A DNA stretch of 64,000 nt from Chloroflexota bacterium (GCA_021787395.1 JAJYLZ010000001.1:67967-131966), one strand, 5' to 3'; positions 10,591-20,007 are shown, counted from the first letter of the stretch. Notes: generated by a model from the letters alone, not told the origin. Numbers and translations are program-made.

Positions 10591-12158
10591 AAGCCCCGCT
10601 GCTCTCTCACGGCGGGGATGCGGATCCGGATGCTGAGGCCACCGAGATCGCTCGGCGCCGCCGCGATCGTCCCGCCCATCGCCTCCACGAAGCCCTTGGC
10701 GATCGCGAGGCCGAGGCCCATCCCGCGGCGCGCTCCCTCCGGGCCCGACCGCACGCGGTAGAAGCGCTCGAACAGGTGCGCCAGGGTATCGGCCGGCACA
10801 CCCGGACCCGCGTCGTCCACCGCCAGCAGCACCCAGCCCGACCCCTCGGCGCGGGCCGTCGCGCGCACTCGCGCCTCGGCGGGCGTGTGCGTGATGGCGT
10901 TGTCCACCACGTTGCCCAGCGCGACGTCGAGCAGCACGGCGTCCGCGAGCACCGGCGGCAGGTCGTCTGGGACCGCCACCTCGACCTCCCGCCCGCCGGG
11001 GCCAGCCGCATGGTGGCGGAGCGTCGTCTCGACGAGCTCCGACAGCTCGTATGGCTGCAGGTCGGGCCGGATCCCGCCGGACTGGATGCGGCCCATGTCG
11101 AGCAGGCCGTTCACGATCCGGCCCAGACGGTCGCCCTCCGCGTCGATCTTGACGGCCATCTCGCGGACGTCCGCCGAGCCGAGGCCGGGTGCCGCGTCTG
11201 CCAGCACCCCCGCGAGGGCGCGGATCGAGGCGACCGGCGTCCGCAAGTCGTGCGACACGGAGTCCAGAATCGCGCCGCGCAGGGCGTCGCCCTCCCGTGC
11301 GACCTCCGCTGCAGTGAGCTCCTCGCGGAGCACGTCACGGCGGTGGGCGATCGCCAGCTGGTCGGCGGCGAGGGCCAGCAGGCGCCGCGCACCGCGGCCC
11401 GGGCGCGGCTGTCCGGGGCTTCGCAGCGCGTGGATCCACCCCGTCCGCTCATCGCCCGCGTCGATCGGCACCACGTAGTGGGCCGACACGTTGTCATCGT
11501 CGGCCACCGCGGCGGTGCCCTCGTGGAGCCGAAGCCACTCGGATGTGCCCTCGGACTCCGAGCGCACCAACGTCCACGGGCTGCCGGCGGCGAGCGGCAG
11601 GGCCGGCACCGTCCAGGCCACGGCCTGACCGGGCGTCGCGGCCCGCTCCACCCAGACTTGGTCCATCTCCGCGTCGGCCTGCAGGCGAAGCGCGATCTGC
11701 GCGGCCGCCTCCTCGAACGTCGTCGCCAGCGCCACGTCGCGGCTCATCGCCACCAGCGCCACGCCCTCGCGAACGCGTCGGTGGGCCTCGTCCGCTCGAT
11801 CTCGCTGCAGGGCCGCCAGCCTGCCGACAACCACCGCCACGACGAGGAACAGCAGCAGGCTCAGCCACTCGCCGGGGTCGGAGATGGCGAACGTGAAGCG
11901 CGGCGTGGTGAACAGGAAGTCGTAGACTAGGAAGGCTGCGCCCGACGTGGCGACCGCCGCCCCCGTCCCGAGCGTCGAGGCGGCCACCACAACCGCGATC
12001 AGGTAGACCGGCGACGCGTCCTGCAGGCCGGCGCCCTGCTCGAGGCCCACGGCGGCCAGCGTGGCGAGCAGGAAGGTTGCCGCCACCAGCCCGACACGGG
12101 CGGCGAGGTCTCGGGGCGAGGCGGGATCGAACGCCGGGGCCCTACCCGCCATCGACAT
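10587..12158 (-). CDS. kdpD: KdpD C-terminal half: DUF4118-type membrane domain + GAF-like linker + HisKA/HATPase histidine kinase
   Basis: Start set at ATG 12158 (MSMAGRAP..); the upstream part of the track ORF is Arg/Pro junk. KdpD-type TM block is ..VYLIAVVVAA..FLVYDFLFTTPRFTFAISDPGEWLSLLLFLVVAVVVGRL... H-box is SHDLRTPVASIRA. N/G boxes are NVVDNAITHTP and DDGPGVP...GMGLGLAIAKG. There is no KdpD_N or USP part. Confidence 0.88.
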   Translation of the reverse strand: MSMAGRAPAFDPASPRDLAARVGLVAATFLLATLAAVGLEQGAGLQDASPVYLIAVVVAASTLGTGAAVATSGAAFLVYDFLFTTPRFTFAISDPGEWLSLLLFLVVAVVVGRLAALQRDRADEAHRRVREGVALVAMSRDVALATTFEEAAAQIALRLQADAEMDQVWVERAATPGQAVAWTVPALPLAAGSPWTLVRSESEGTSEWLRLHEGTAAVADDDNVSAHYVVPIDAGDERTGWIHALRSPGQPRPGRGARRLLALAADQLAIAHRRDVLREELTAAEVAREGDALRGAILDSVSHDLRTPVASIRALAGVLADAAPGLGSADVREMAVKIDAEGDRLGRIVNGLLDMGRIQSGGIRPDLQPYELSELVETTLRHHAAGPGGREVEVAVPDDLPPVLADAVLLDVALGNVVDNAITHTPAEARVRATARAEGSGWVLLAVDDAGPGVPADTLAHLFERFYRVRSGPEGARRGMGLGLAIAKGFVEAMGGTIAAAPSDLGGLSIRIRIPAVREQRGL

Positions 12159-12226
12159 GAGCCGACCTCGCGTGCGCGCGTCCACAGTCCTCCAGCCTAC
12201 CCCGCCACGCGCCGGCCCGCCCGTCA

Positions 12227-12248
12227 GGCGCGCCGACCGGGGCGCGCC
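12227..12248 (-). terminator. GC hairpin between the methyltransferase gene and the kinase gene
   Basis: GGCGCGCC-gaccgg-GGCGCGCC (self-complementary 8-mers), 5 nt after the stop at 12253. No U-tract. Confidence 0.3.
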
Positions 12249-12252
12249 GCGC

Positions 12253-13137
12253 TCAGGACCCCAGGGACCGGGCGATGGCCGCGACGTGCACCGCGGTGGT
12301 GCCGCAGCAGCCCCCGACGATGGTCGCGCCCATATCGGCGACTCGGCGCGCGTACGCGGCCGCCTCGTCGGGCGTGCCGGGATACGTGGTGACGCCGTCG
12401 GCCGTGCCGGACGGGATGCCCGCATTCGCCTTGGCCACGACGTGGAGACCGGGCGCGTGCTCCACCAGGATCGGGATCACCGCCTCCACCGGCGCCCAGC
12501 CGTCGCCGCAGTTGGCCCCGATCCCGGCGACGCCGAGCTCGACGAGCCGGTCGGCCGCCTCCTCCGCCCGGTTGCCGAACATCGTGCGGTTGCGCGCCGC
12601 GAACACGAGCGTCGCGACGACGGGCAGGCCGGGCGCCCCCTGCCGGGCCCCCTCCACCGCGGCGACCGCCTCGTTGAGGTCCATCATGGTCTCGACCCAG
12701 ATCACGTCCACGCCAGCCGCGGCGAGGGCCGCGGCCTCCTGCGCGTAGGCGTCGCGGACCTCGCCCGCGTCCAGCAGGCCGTACGGGACCAGCAGCCCGC
12801 CCGTCGGGCCCATCGACCCGGCCACGATCCGGTCCGGCCCGGCGGCGGCACGCGCGGCCGCGACGGCGGCTCGGCACACCTCGGCGGTCCGGCCGGCGAT
12901 CTCCGAATCCGCGATCCGGATGGCGTTGGCGCCGAACGTGGAGGTCAGGATCAGCTCGGAGCCCGCCTCGACGTGGCTGCGGTGGACCCCCTCGACCATG
13001 GCGGCGCCGTCGGGCGTCAGCAGCCAGGCCTCGGGCGCCTCCCCCACCGGCATGCCGCCGGCGAACAGCGCGGTGCCCATGGCACCGTCGGCGATGATCG
13101 GACGGGTGAGCGATGCGGGCGCGGGCAGGGTCGGCAT
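12253..13137 (-). CDS. Homocysteine S-methyltransferase domain protein
   Basis: Start at ATG 13137 (MPTLPAPASLTRPIIADGAMGT..). Motifs: ADGAMGT, ELILTSTFGAN, GANCG, and a C-terminal GGCCGTT zinc-ligand motif. Confidence 0.85.
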   Translation of the reverse strand: MPTLPAPASLTRPIIADGAMGTALFAGGMPVGEAPEAWLLTPDGAAMVEGVHRSHVEAGSELILTSTFGANAIRIADSEIAGRTAEVCRAAVAAARAAAGPDRIVAGSMGPTGGLLVPYGLLDAGEVRDAYAQEAAALAAAGVDVIWVETMMDLNEAVAAVEGARQGAPGLPVVATLVFAARNRTMFGNRAEEAADRLVELGVAGIGANCGDGWAPVEAVIPILVEHAPGLHVVAKANAGIPSGTADGVTTYPGTPDEAAAYARRVADMGATIVGGCCGTTAVHVAAIARSLGS

Positions 13138-13535
13138 GGGGCGAGCATCCCGGGTGCGGCGCGAACCGTCAAGGCGGAGCTGCTCGGCGCGGGGCGGCGG
13201 CACTGCCCCGTGCGCACCCGGGGTTCGCGCAGCAGCGTCAGGCAGCTCCCGCACCGCGGCGGGCCCTGCGCCGTCCGGGCGCACCGGGGCTCCCGCGGCG
13301 GGCCTGCGCCGCCCGGGCACACCGACCGGCCTATCGGAGCCCCGCGGTCTGGGTGGGCCGCTGCATGCCGCACCGGGCCACATGGCACACCTCGAAGCGG
13401 CACGACGCGGACCCCCCGGGAGCGTCGCGCTTCCGTGAGGCCGGCTGATTCACGCGCCGCGGGCGGCTGCGGCGCACGCACTCCGCAGGGTCGGCTGGCC
13501 CAGCGGTCACGGCCGGCGGAGCACCGCGGAATCGC

Positions 13536-13565
13536 GACGGCCGGCCCCAGGAGGAGCCGGCCGTC
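13536..13565 (-). terminator. Stem-loop downstream of the aminotransferase gene
   Basis: Perfect 10-bp inverted repeat GACGGCCGGC / GCCGGCCGTC with a 10-nt loop, 25 nt past the stop at 13590. Confidence 0.45.
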
Positions 13566-13589
13566 GGCGTCAGTCGCGAGCGCGGGCCG

Positions 13590-14924
13590 TCAGCCCTTGA
13601 CGGCCTGGTCCGCGATGTCGAGCGCGCGGTCGATGATCGCGAAGCCCTCCGCCAGCTGCTCCTCGTTGATGCACAGCGGCGGGTTGGTGTGGATCGAGTT
13701 GTTCGAGATCATGGTGTACAGCCCGTTCTCGCGGAAGAACTTGCCGATCGCCTTCATCTCGTCGGAGGTGCCGTTGAACGGCGTGATCGGCGTCCACGGG
13801 TCCTGCGAGCGGACGAGGTCAAGGATGCCGAACAGACCGATGTTGCGGTGGGCGCCCACCGACGGGTGCTTCGCGGCCAGCGCCTCGTGGTGCCTGCGCA
13901 GCACCTCGCCCATGCGCGCCGCGTTGCCGATGAGGTCGTCCTCCTCGTAGACCTTGATCGTCGCCAGCGAGGCCGCCAGCGAGACCGGATGCGACGAGTA
14001 CGTCAGCCCGCCGTAGAACATCTTGGTGTCCATGGCCTGGCTGACCCAGTCGCGCATCGCGACCGCGCCCAGCGGCAGGTAGGACGACGTGAGGCCCTTG
14101 GCCATCGTCATGAGGTCGGGCACCACGTCCCAGTGGTCCACCGCGAACCAGCGACCGGTGCGGCCGAAGCCGGCCATGACCTCGTCGGCGACCATCACGA
14201 TGCCGTACTTGTCGCACAGCTCCCGGACGCCCTTGAGGTAGCCGTCGGGCGGGATCAGGATGCCGTTGGTGCCCACGACCGTCTCGAGGAAGATGGCCGC
14301 GATCGTGTGCGCGCCCTCGTACTTGATGACGTCCTCGAGGCCGTTGAGCGCCTCGTCGGCGCTGCGGGGCTCCTTCTCGCCCCAGCGGTGCGTGTCCGGG
14401 TAGCGGACCACGCCCACGATGCCCGGCTCGTTCGCCCAGCGGCGGTAGTCGCCGGTGAGCGTCATCGCCCCGGCCGTCGCGCCGTGGTAGGCGCGGTACC
14501 GGGCGAGCAGCTTGTACTTGCCGGTCACGTGGCGGGCGAGCTTGATCGCGTTCTCCACGGCCTCGGCGCCGCCGAGCGTGAAGAACACCTTGTTCATGTC
14601 GCCGGGCAGGATCTCGGCCATCTTGGCGCCCAGGCGGGCCCGGATCTCGGTCGCGAACGCCGGCTGGACGAACTGGAGCCGCGAGGCCTGCTCGTTGATG
14701 GCGTCGATGACCCGGCGGTCGCCGTGGCCGATGTTGACCGACATCAGCTGGGCGTTGAAGTCCAGGATCCGCCGGCCCTCGGGCGTGTAGAGGTAGACCC
14801 CCTCGGCCCGGTCGATGGCGATGGGGTCCAGCTGCCCCTGGATCGACCAGCTGAACATGGTGTGGGCGCGGGCCAGCGAGACGATCTCCTCGCTGGTCAT
14901 GCCCGGCGCGGCGCTGATGCCCAT
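13590..14924 (-). CDS. Class-III (omega) aminotransferase, likely beta-alanine/omega-amino acid:pyruvate type
   Basis: Start at ATG 14924 with GGAGG 4 nt upstream. Motifs: ADEVMAGFGRTGRWFAVDHW and TMAKGLTSSYLPLG (PLP lysine). Confidence 0.88.
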   Translation of the reverse strand: MGISAAPGMTSEEIVSLARAHTMFSWSIQGQLDPIAIDRAEGVYLYTPEGRRILDFNAQLMSVNIGHGDRRVIDAINEQASRLQFVQPAFATEIRARLGAKMAEILPGDMNKVFFTLGGAEAVENAIKLARHVTGKYKLLARYRAYHGATAGAMTLTGDYRRWANEPGIVGVVRYPDTHRWGEKEPRSADEALNGLEDVIKYEGAHTIAAIFLETVVGTNGILIPPDGYLKGVRELCDKYGIVMVADEVMAGFGRTGRWFAVDHWDVVPDLMTMAKGLTSSYLPLGAVAMRDWVSQAMDTKMFYGGLTYSSHPVSLAASLATIKVYEEDDLIGNAARMGEVLRRHHEALAAKHPSVGAHRNIGLFGILDLVRSQDPWTPITPFNGTSDEMKAIGKFFRENGLYTMISNNSIHTNPPLCINEEQLAEGFAIIDRALDIADQAVKG

Positions 14925-14962
14925 GAAACCTCCAGTCGGGCCGCGGTGCGGGCGGCCCGTGC

Positions 14963-14987
14963 GGTTGCGACGAGGCGCGATGCAACC
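14963..14987. promoter_or_regulatory. Inverted repeat GGTTGC-N13-GCAACC in the divergent promoter region
   Basis: Read directly from the sequence. Lies 39-63 nt upstream of the aminotransferase ATG. The half-site resembles the GGTTGT/ACAACC palindromes at 21617-21773. Confidence 0.3.
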
Positions 14988-15007
14988 CATTACAGCACAG
15001 CGCGGCG

Positions 15008-17350
15008 TTGCCAGACGGGACGAGGCCAGCGGGGAACCTCCGACCCCCGCCCGTCCGTGGGGCTTCGGGTGCCCGCAGCCGTCGTGGGCACCGTCCGGGC
15101 CGCCGCGCTCGGAATCGGCTTGCCCGCGCCGGCCGCGGGTGGCACCCTAGCCTCGGTCGGGGCGACCTGCCCCGCCGGGAGGGGATCACGAACCGCCGCG
15201 CTGCAGCCCTGGTCCTCGCGCTCGCCCTCGCAGCACCGGGGGCCCGGCCGTCAGCCGCGTCCTCCCTGCCCGCGACCACCGACACCGGGGCCGCGGCCCC
15301 CGCCATCACGACCGCCCCCTTCGCCTCCACCCTCGAGGAGGCCGCCGCGCCCGGCGTCGTCCACCGCCACGGATGGTGGACCACCGACGACGGGCCGCAG
15401 GCCGTGGACCTGATCGACGTCGCGCCGCTGATCGCGGGCATCACGCTCGAGGCCAGCGCACCGGCGGCCGGCGTGTCCAGGCTCCAGACGGTCCCCGGCC
15501 AGGCCGGGGCGGTCTCGCGCGACGGCCACCGCGTCGTCGCGGCCGTCAACGGCGACACGTGGACGACGAGCGCCGCCTCGGGCCTGTCCGCGCCCACCGG
15601 CCTGCTCGTCCACGGCGGCGAGCTGCTGAGCGGGTCGCGGTCCGCCCGGCCCACGTTCGGCCTCAACGCGAGCGGGAGCGCCATGTTCGGCGACGTCGCG
15701 GTGACCACGGCGGTCACCCTGCCGGGCGGCGCCACGCTCACCGTCGACCGGATCAACAAGCTGCGCGTGGCCGGCGACCTGGACCTGTACACCCTCAGCT
15801 GGGGAGCCAGCACCGGTACGGGCGGCGACGGCTCCGAGGTGGTCCTCGCGGTGCCCGGGCTGCCACTGCGGGCCGGCGGCAGCTGGGCCGGGACCGTCAC
15901 GGCCGTGCGGACGGGTGCCGGCGGCGCGCCCCTCGCGGCCGGCACCCTGGTGCTCTCGGCCCAGGGCGACGACGCTGCGGCCCTCGACGCCCTGCCGGTC
16001 GGCGCACTGGTCACGATCACCACGACCGTGCCCGCCGGCTGGGCGGGTGTCGCCGAGGCGGTGAGCGGCCGCGAGTGGCTGGTCAGGGGCGGCCTGGCCG
16101 GCGTCTCCCCCGTCTCGTCGGTGACCTGGGCCACCCACCCTCGCACCGCGGTCGGCGCGCGGCCGGACGGCACCCTCGTGCTCGTGACCGTGGACGGCCG
16201 GCAGCCGGGCGAGAGCAGCGGGGTCACCGACGACGACCTGGCAGACCTCCTCGTCGCGCAGGGCGTCCAGACGGCCGTGAACCTCGACGGCGGGGGCTCC
16301 ACCACGGCGCTGGCGCGACACCCCGGCGACATCACGGCGACCCTGGTGAACAGCCCGTCGGGCGGAAGCGCGCGCGCCGTGGCCGACGCGCTGCTGGTGG
16401 TCTCGAGCATCCCCACCGGCCCGCTGGCACAGCTCGTGGTGCGGACGGGCGACACGACCGTCATGGCCGGCGAGAACGCCGCGTTCACCGCCCGCGGCAC
16501 CGACAGCTCGCTCAACGCGGTTCCCGTCCCCGCGTCAGCGGTCACATGGAGCGTGGCCGGGTCCGGCGCGACGATCAGCCCAGCTGGGGTCGTGGCCACC
16601 ACGGCGCCCGGCAGCGCCATCGTTACCGCGACGAGCGGCAGCGCCAGCGGCCGGGCGACCCTGACCGTGCTCGCCGACACCGTCGCGCCGACGCCCGTCG
16701 TGCCCACGGCCACCCTGACCAACGCCGTCGTCGCCTCGAACGGCGACGTGGCCGTCGCGGTGCGCTGGACCGCCGCGACCGACATCGGCGAGGGCGTCGC
16801 GCGCTACGAGCTCCAGCGACGGATCGGCGGCGGCGCGTGGACGGCGGTGGCCCTGCCCGCGCCGCTCTCGAGGTCGATCGCGCAGCGGCTCGGCCCGCGG
16901 GGGTCGGTCGAGTACCAGGTCCGCGCCGTCGACCGCGCGGGCAACGCGAGCCCGTGGCAGTCCACCGGCGCGTTCGGCCTCCAGATGGCGTCGGAGCGAT
17001 CCGCCAAGTACACGGGCCGGTGGCTGTGGCAGACCGGCAGCCTGTTCCTCGCGCGGGCGGACCGCGCCTCGAAGACCGCCGGGTCGACGGCCAGCTTCAC
17101 CTTCACCGGCAGCCAGTTCGCCTGGATCGCCCCAAAGGGCCCAACGCGCGGGTCCGCGCGCATCTATGTCGATGGCGTTTCGGTCGCCGCCGTCAGCCTC
17201 TACGCGACCTCCACGCAATCGCGGCGGGTCGTGTTCACCCGCACCTGGCCCTCCAGCGGTCGCCACCAGGTCACGATCCGGGTCTCGGGGACCGCCCGCC
17301 ACCCCTGGGTCGACGTGGACGGCTTCGCCGTCATCACCGCGGCGGGCTGA
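15008..17350 (+). CDS. Secreted phosphodiester glycosidase (NAGPA-domain) protein with Ig-like/Fn3-like repeats
   Basis: NAGPA-type core (..AAVNGDTW.., ..HPRTAVGARPDGTLVLVTVDGRQ..S.GVT..DLADLL...G...AVNLDGGGSTT). Tat/Sec-like signal TNRRAAALVLALALAAPGARPSAA near 15185. No canonical start lies close to the signal peptide, so TTG 15008 is the first in-frame start and the true start is uncertain. Confidence 0.8.
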   Translation: MPDGTRPAGNLRPPPVRGASGARSRRGHRPGRRARNRLARAGRGWHPSLGRGDLPRREGITNRRAAALVLALALAAPGARPSAASSLPATTDTGAAAPAITTAPFASTLEEAAAPGVVHRHGWWTTDDGPQAVDLIDVAPLIAGITLEASAPAAGVSRLQTVPGQAGAVSRDGHRVVAAVNGDTWTTSAASGLSAPTGLLVHGGELLSGSRSARPTFGLNASGSAMFGDVAVTTAVTLPGGATLTVDRINKLRVAGDLDLYTLSWGASTGTGGDGSEVVLAVPGLPLRAGGSWAGTVTAVRTGAGGAPLAAGTLVLSAQGDDAAALDALPVGALVTITTTVPAGWAGVAEAVSGREWLVRGGLAGVSPVSSVTWATHPRTAVGARPDGTLVLVTVDGRQPGESSGVTDDDLADLLVAQGVQTAVNLDGGGSTTALARHPGDITATLVNSPSGGSARAVADALLVVSSIPTGPLAQLVVRTGDTTVMAGENAAFTARGTDSSLNAVPVPASAVTWSVAGSGATISPAGVVATTAPGSAIVTATSGSASGRATLTVLADTVAPTPVVPTATLTNAVVASNGDVAVAVRWTAATDIGEGVARYELQRRIGGGAWTAVALPAPLSRSIAQRLGPRGSVEYQVRAVDRAGNASPWQSTGAFGLQMASERSAKYTGRWLWQTGSLFLARADRASKTAGSTASFTFTGSQFAWIAPKGPTRGSARIYVDGVSVAAVSLYATSTQSRRVVFTRTWPSSGRHQVTIRVSGTARHPWVDVDGFAVITAAG

Positions 17351-17399
17351 CCGCTCCTCTCGCGGCCGCCGGCGACCGCGGGCGGGCCCGGCCCGGGCC

Positions 17400-18833
17400 C
17401 TACCCTGCCGGGATCGCAGCCGCGACCCGGCGCACGACCTCGGCGCAGCGGTCGATGTCGCCGGCCGTCGTCCGCCAGCCGGACACCGACACGCGCATCA
17501 CCCGCTGCCCGCGCCACGTGGAGCCGCCGGCCCACAGCGTGCCGTCGGCCTGGATCGCGGCGATCACCGCGGCCGTCCTCGCATCACCGGCCGCGGTCGC
17601 ACCGGAGGGGTCGTCGAAGCGGACGAGGGCCTGGTTGAGGACCACGTCGTTGAGCACGCGGATGCCGAGGCCGGGCGCGCCGTCGAGGCCGGCCGCGAAC
17701 CGCCGGGCGAGGTCGCAGGTCCGGCCGACGAGCTCGGCGACGCCGTCGCGCCCGAGTGAGCGGATCGCCGCCCAGACCGGGAAACCGCGGGCGCGCCGCG
17801 ACGACTCGGCCACCCAGTTGTACGGGTCGCGCTCGCCGCCGCCGGTCTCCACGTAGTACGCGGCGCCGAGGGTCATCGCCGCGTGGTGCGCGGCGGGCCG
17901 GGCGCAGAACACGAGGCCGGAGTCGTACGGGACGTTCAGCCACTTGTGGGCGTCGGTGGTCCAGCTGTCGGCCCGCTCGACGCCCGCCACGAGGTGCCGT
18001 CGCGCCGGATCGGCCGCCGCCCACAGCCCGAACGCCCCGTCCACGTGCAGCCAGCCCGCGTTGGCGCGGACGAGGTCGGTGATCTCCGGCAGCGGGTCGA
18101 AGGCGCCCGTGTTGACGTTGCCCGCCTGCGCGCACACGAGCGCGGGTCGCTCGAGCCGCGCGAGCGCCTCGGCCAGCGCGTCGGCGCGCATGCGGCCCTG
18201 GCCGTCCACGGCCACGCGCGTCACGCGGTCGCGGCCCATCCCCAGCATCTGGAGGGCCGCGTGGATGGTGACGTGCGCCTCCTCGCCGACCAGCACGGGG
18301 ACCTCCGGGGCGCCGAACAGCCCGAGGCGCTCCACGTCCCAGCCGGCCGCCTCGAGCAGGGCGTGGCGCCCCGCCGCGAGCGCCGTGAACGACGCCATCG
18401 TCGCGCCCGTGGTGAAGCCGACCGACACGCCCTCCGGCAGGCCGAACAGCTCCGCCGCCCAGCGCCCAGCCACCTCCTCCGCGACGGCGGCCGCAGGCCC
18501 CGCGGCGGAGAGCGCCGCATTCTGGTCCCAGACGCTCGCCAGCCAGTCCGCCCCGACGGCGGCCGGCAGCCCGCCGCCGATGACGAACCCGAAGAAGCGC
18601 GGGCCGGCACTCGCGACCAGCCCGCCCTCGGCGCCGGCCGCCAGGGCCTCGACCGTGGCGACCGGGTCCTCGCCGTGCTCGGGGAGCGGGCCGCCGAGGC
18701 GGGCGCGCAGCTCCTCGACCGTGGCCGTCGGCCCCACCCGGCGCTCCTCCAGGCCGGCCGCCCAGTCCCGGGCGAGCGCGGCCGCGCGGGCGAGGGCGGC
18801 GTCGGTGCGGGTGCGCGCGGTCTCGTGGTCCAT
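17400..18833 (-). CDS. PLP-dependent (group II) decarboxylase family protein
   Basis: Start at ATG 18833 (MDHETART..). Has the fold-type I decarboxylase pattern, including the PLP-lysine motif TTDAHKWLNVPYD. Confidence 0.8.
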   Translation of the reverse strand: MDHETARTRTDAALARAAALARDWAAGLEERRVGPTATVEELRARLGGPLPEHGEDPVATVEALAAGAEGGLVASAGPRFFGFVIGGGLPAAVGADWLASVWDQNAALSAAGPAAAVAEEVAGRWAAELFGLPEGVSVGFTTGATMASFTALAAGRHALLEAAGWDVERLGLFGAPEVPVLVGEEAHVTIHAALQMLGMGRDRVTRVAVDGQGRMRADALAEALARLERPALVCAQAGNVNTGAFDPLPEITDLVRANAGWLHVDGAFGLWAAADPARRHLVAGVERADSWTTDAHKWLNVPYDSGLVFCARPAAHHAAMTLGAAYYVETGGGERDPYNWVAESSRRARGFPVWAAIRSLGRDGVAELVGRTCDLARRFAAGLDGAPGLGIRVLNDVVLNQALVRFDDPSGATAAGDARTAAVIAAIQADGTLWAGGSTWRGQRVMRVSVSGWRTTAGDIDRCAEVVRRVAAAIPAG

Positions 18834-19078
18834 CGTTGCTCCCGGGCTGAGGCCCGCGTCCGGGCGACGGGCCGGGACGGGCACTCGCCAATGATGGCGC
18901 ATCGGGAGGGCGCGGTCCGAGGGCCCTGCCAGCCGGCCCGAACGGCCCTCCCCGCGCTGGGCCACCGGCGTATGCTCAGCCCATTCATGCGGCGGGCGCC
19001 CATCGCCCGCGGGCACGGCCTCCCCGACGGCGGGTCGGCCGCGCCACAGCGCGACGCTGTTCGAGGAGGCTGTTCGCG

Positions 19079-19930
19079 ATGCCCCGTATCGTCCGAGGCG
19101 CACTCCTGCAGGCAACCTGGACCGGCGACAAGGAGTCGATGATCCAGAAGCACGAGCAGTACGTGCACCAGGCGAAGCAGCAGGGCGCCCAGTTCATGCT
19201 CTTCCAGGAGCTGTTCTACGGGCCCTACTTCTGCCAGGTGCAGGACAAGAAGTACTACTCGTACACCGAGCTCATCCCCGACGGCCCGACCACCAAGCGC
19301 TTCCAGGCGCTGGCCCGAGAGACGGGCATGGTCCTGGTCGTGCCGATGTACGAGGAGGACAGCCAGACCTCCGGGATCTACTACAACACGGCCGCGGTCA
19401 TCGACTCGGACGGGAAGTACCTCGGCAAGTACCGCAAGACGCACATCCCGCACGTCGACGGCTTCTGGGAGAAGTTCTACTTCCGCCCCGGCAACCTGGG
19501 CTACCCGGTGTTCGAGACGGCCGTCGGCAAGATCGGCGTCTACATCTGCTACGACCGCCACTTCCCGGAGGGCGCCCGCGCGCTGGGCCTCAACGGCGCC
19601 GAGATCGTCCTGATCCCGAGCGCGACCTCGCGCGGCCTGTCCGAGTACCTGTGGCGCGTGGAGCAGGTAAGCCACTCGCTCGCCAACGGCTACTTCGTCG
19701 GCACCATCAACCGCGTCGGCGTGGAGAAGGAGATCGGCCCGGACGACTTCTACGGGCAGAGCTACTTCGTGGACCCGCTCGGCCAGTTCGTGGGCGCGGT
19801 GGGCAGCCCGTACGACGAGGAGCTGATCATCCGCGACCTCGACCTCGACATGATCAGCAAGGTCCGCCAGACGTGGCAGTTCTACCGCGATCGGCGGCCC
19901 GACATGTACGGAGACCTGATCAGGCCGTAG
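19079..19930 (+). CDS. Nitrilase-superfamily carbamoyl-amidohydrolase, beta-ureidopropionase-like
   Basis: 283 aa. C-N hydrolase pattern (..FQELF.., ..YRKTHIP.., ..IGVYICYDRHFPE.. with the catalytic Cys). Genomic context with dihydropyrimidinase. Confidence 0.85.
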   Translation: MPRIVRGALLQATWTGDKESMIQKHEQYVHQAKQQGAQFMLFQELFYGPYFCQVQDKKYYSYTELIPDGPTTKRFQALARETGMVLVVPMYEEDSQTSGIYYNTAAVIDSDGKYLGKYRKTHIPHVDGFWEKFYFRPGNLGYPVFETAVGKIGVYICYDRHFPEGARALGLNGAEIVLIPSATSRGLSEYLWRVEQVSHSLANGYFVGTINRVGVEKEIGPDDFYGQSYFVDPLGQFVGAVGSPYDEELIIRDLDLDMISKVRQTWQFYRDRRPDMYGDLIRP

Positions 19931-20007
19931 GCTTAGGGCCCGCGCCGTCGGGTCGGCGCTGCGAATGCGCGAAACGTCGCCGGCCCGGCATCGGGTATGA
20001 TCCCGCG

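Noticed and set aside
13141-13440. Cobalamin or SAM riboswitch upstream of the homocysteine methyltransferase gene
   Set aside because: Minus-strand segments such as GGTGCGGGAGC and CGGGGCAGTGCC look superficially B12-like. The B12 box (..CCCGCCACTG..) and the SAM-I core are absent. Kept only as a low-interest unexplained leader.
13819-16785. 988-aa minus-strand ORF across the aminotransferase and NAGPA genes
   Set aside because: It crosses the boundary of two well-supported genes on different strands, is Ala/Pro/Ser/Thr/Arg low complexity, and shows no motifs. GC artefact.
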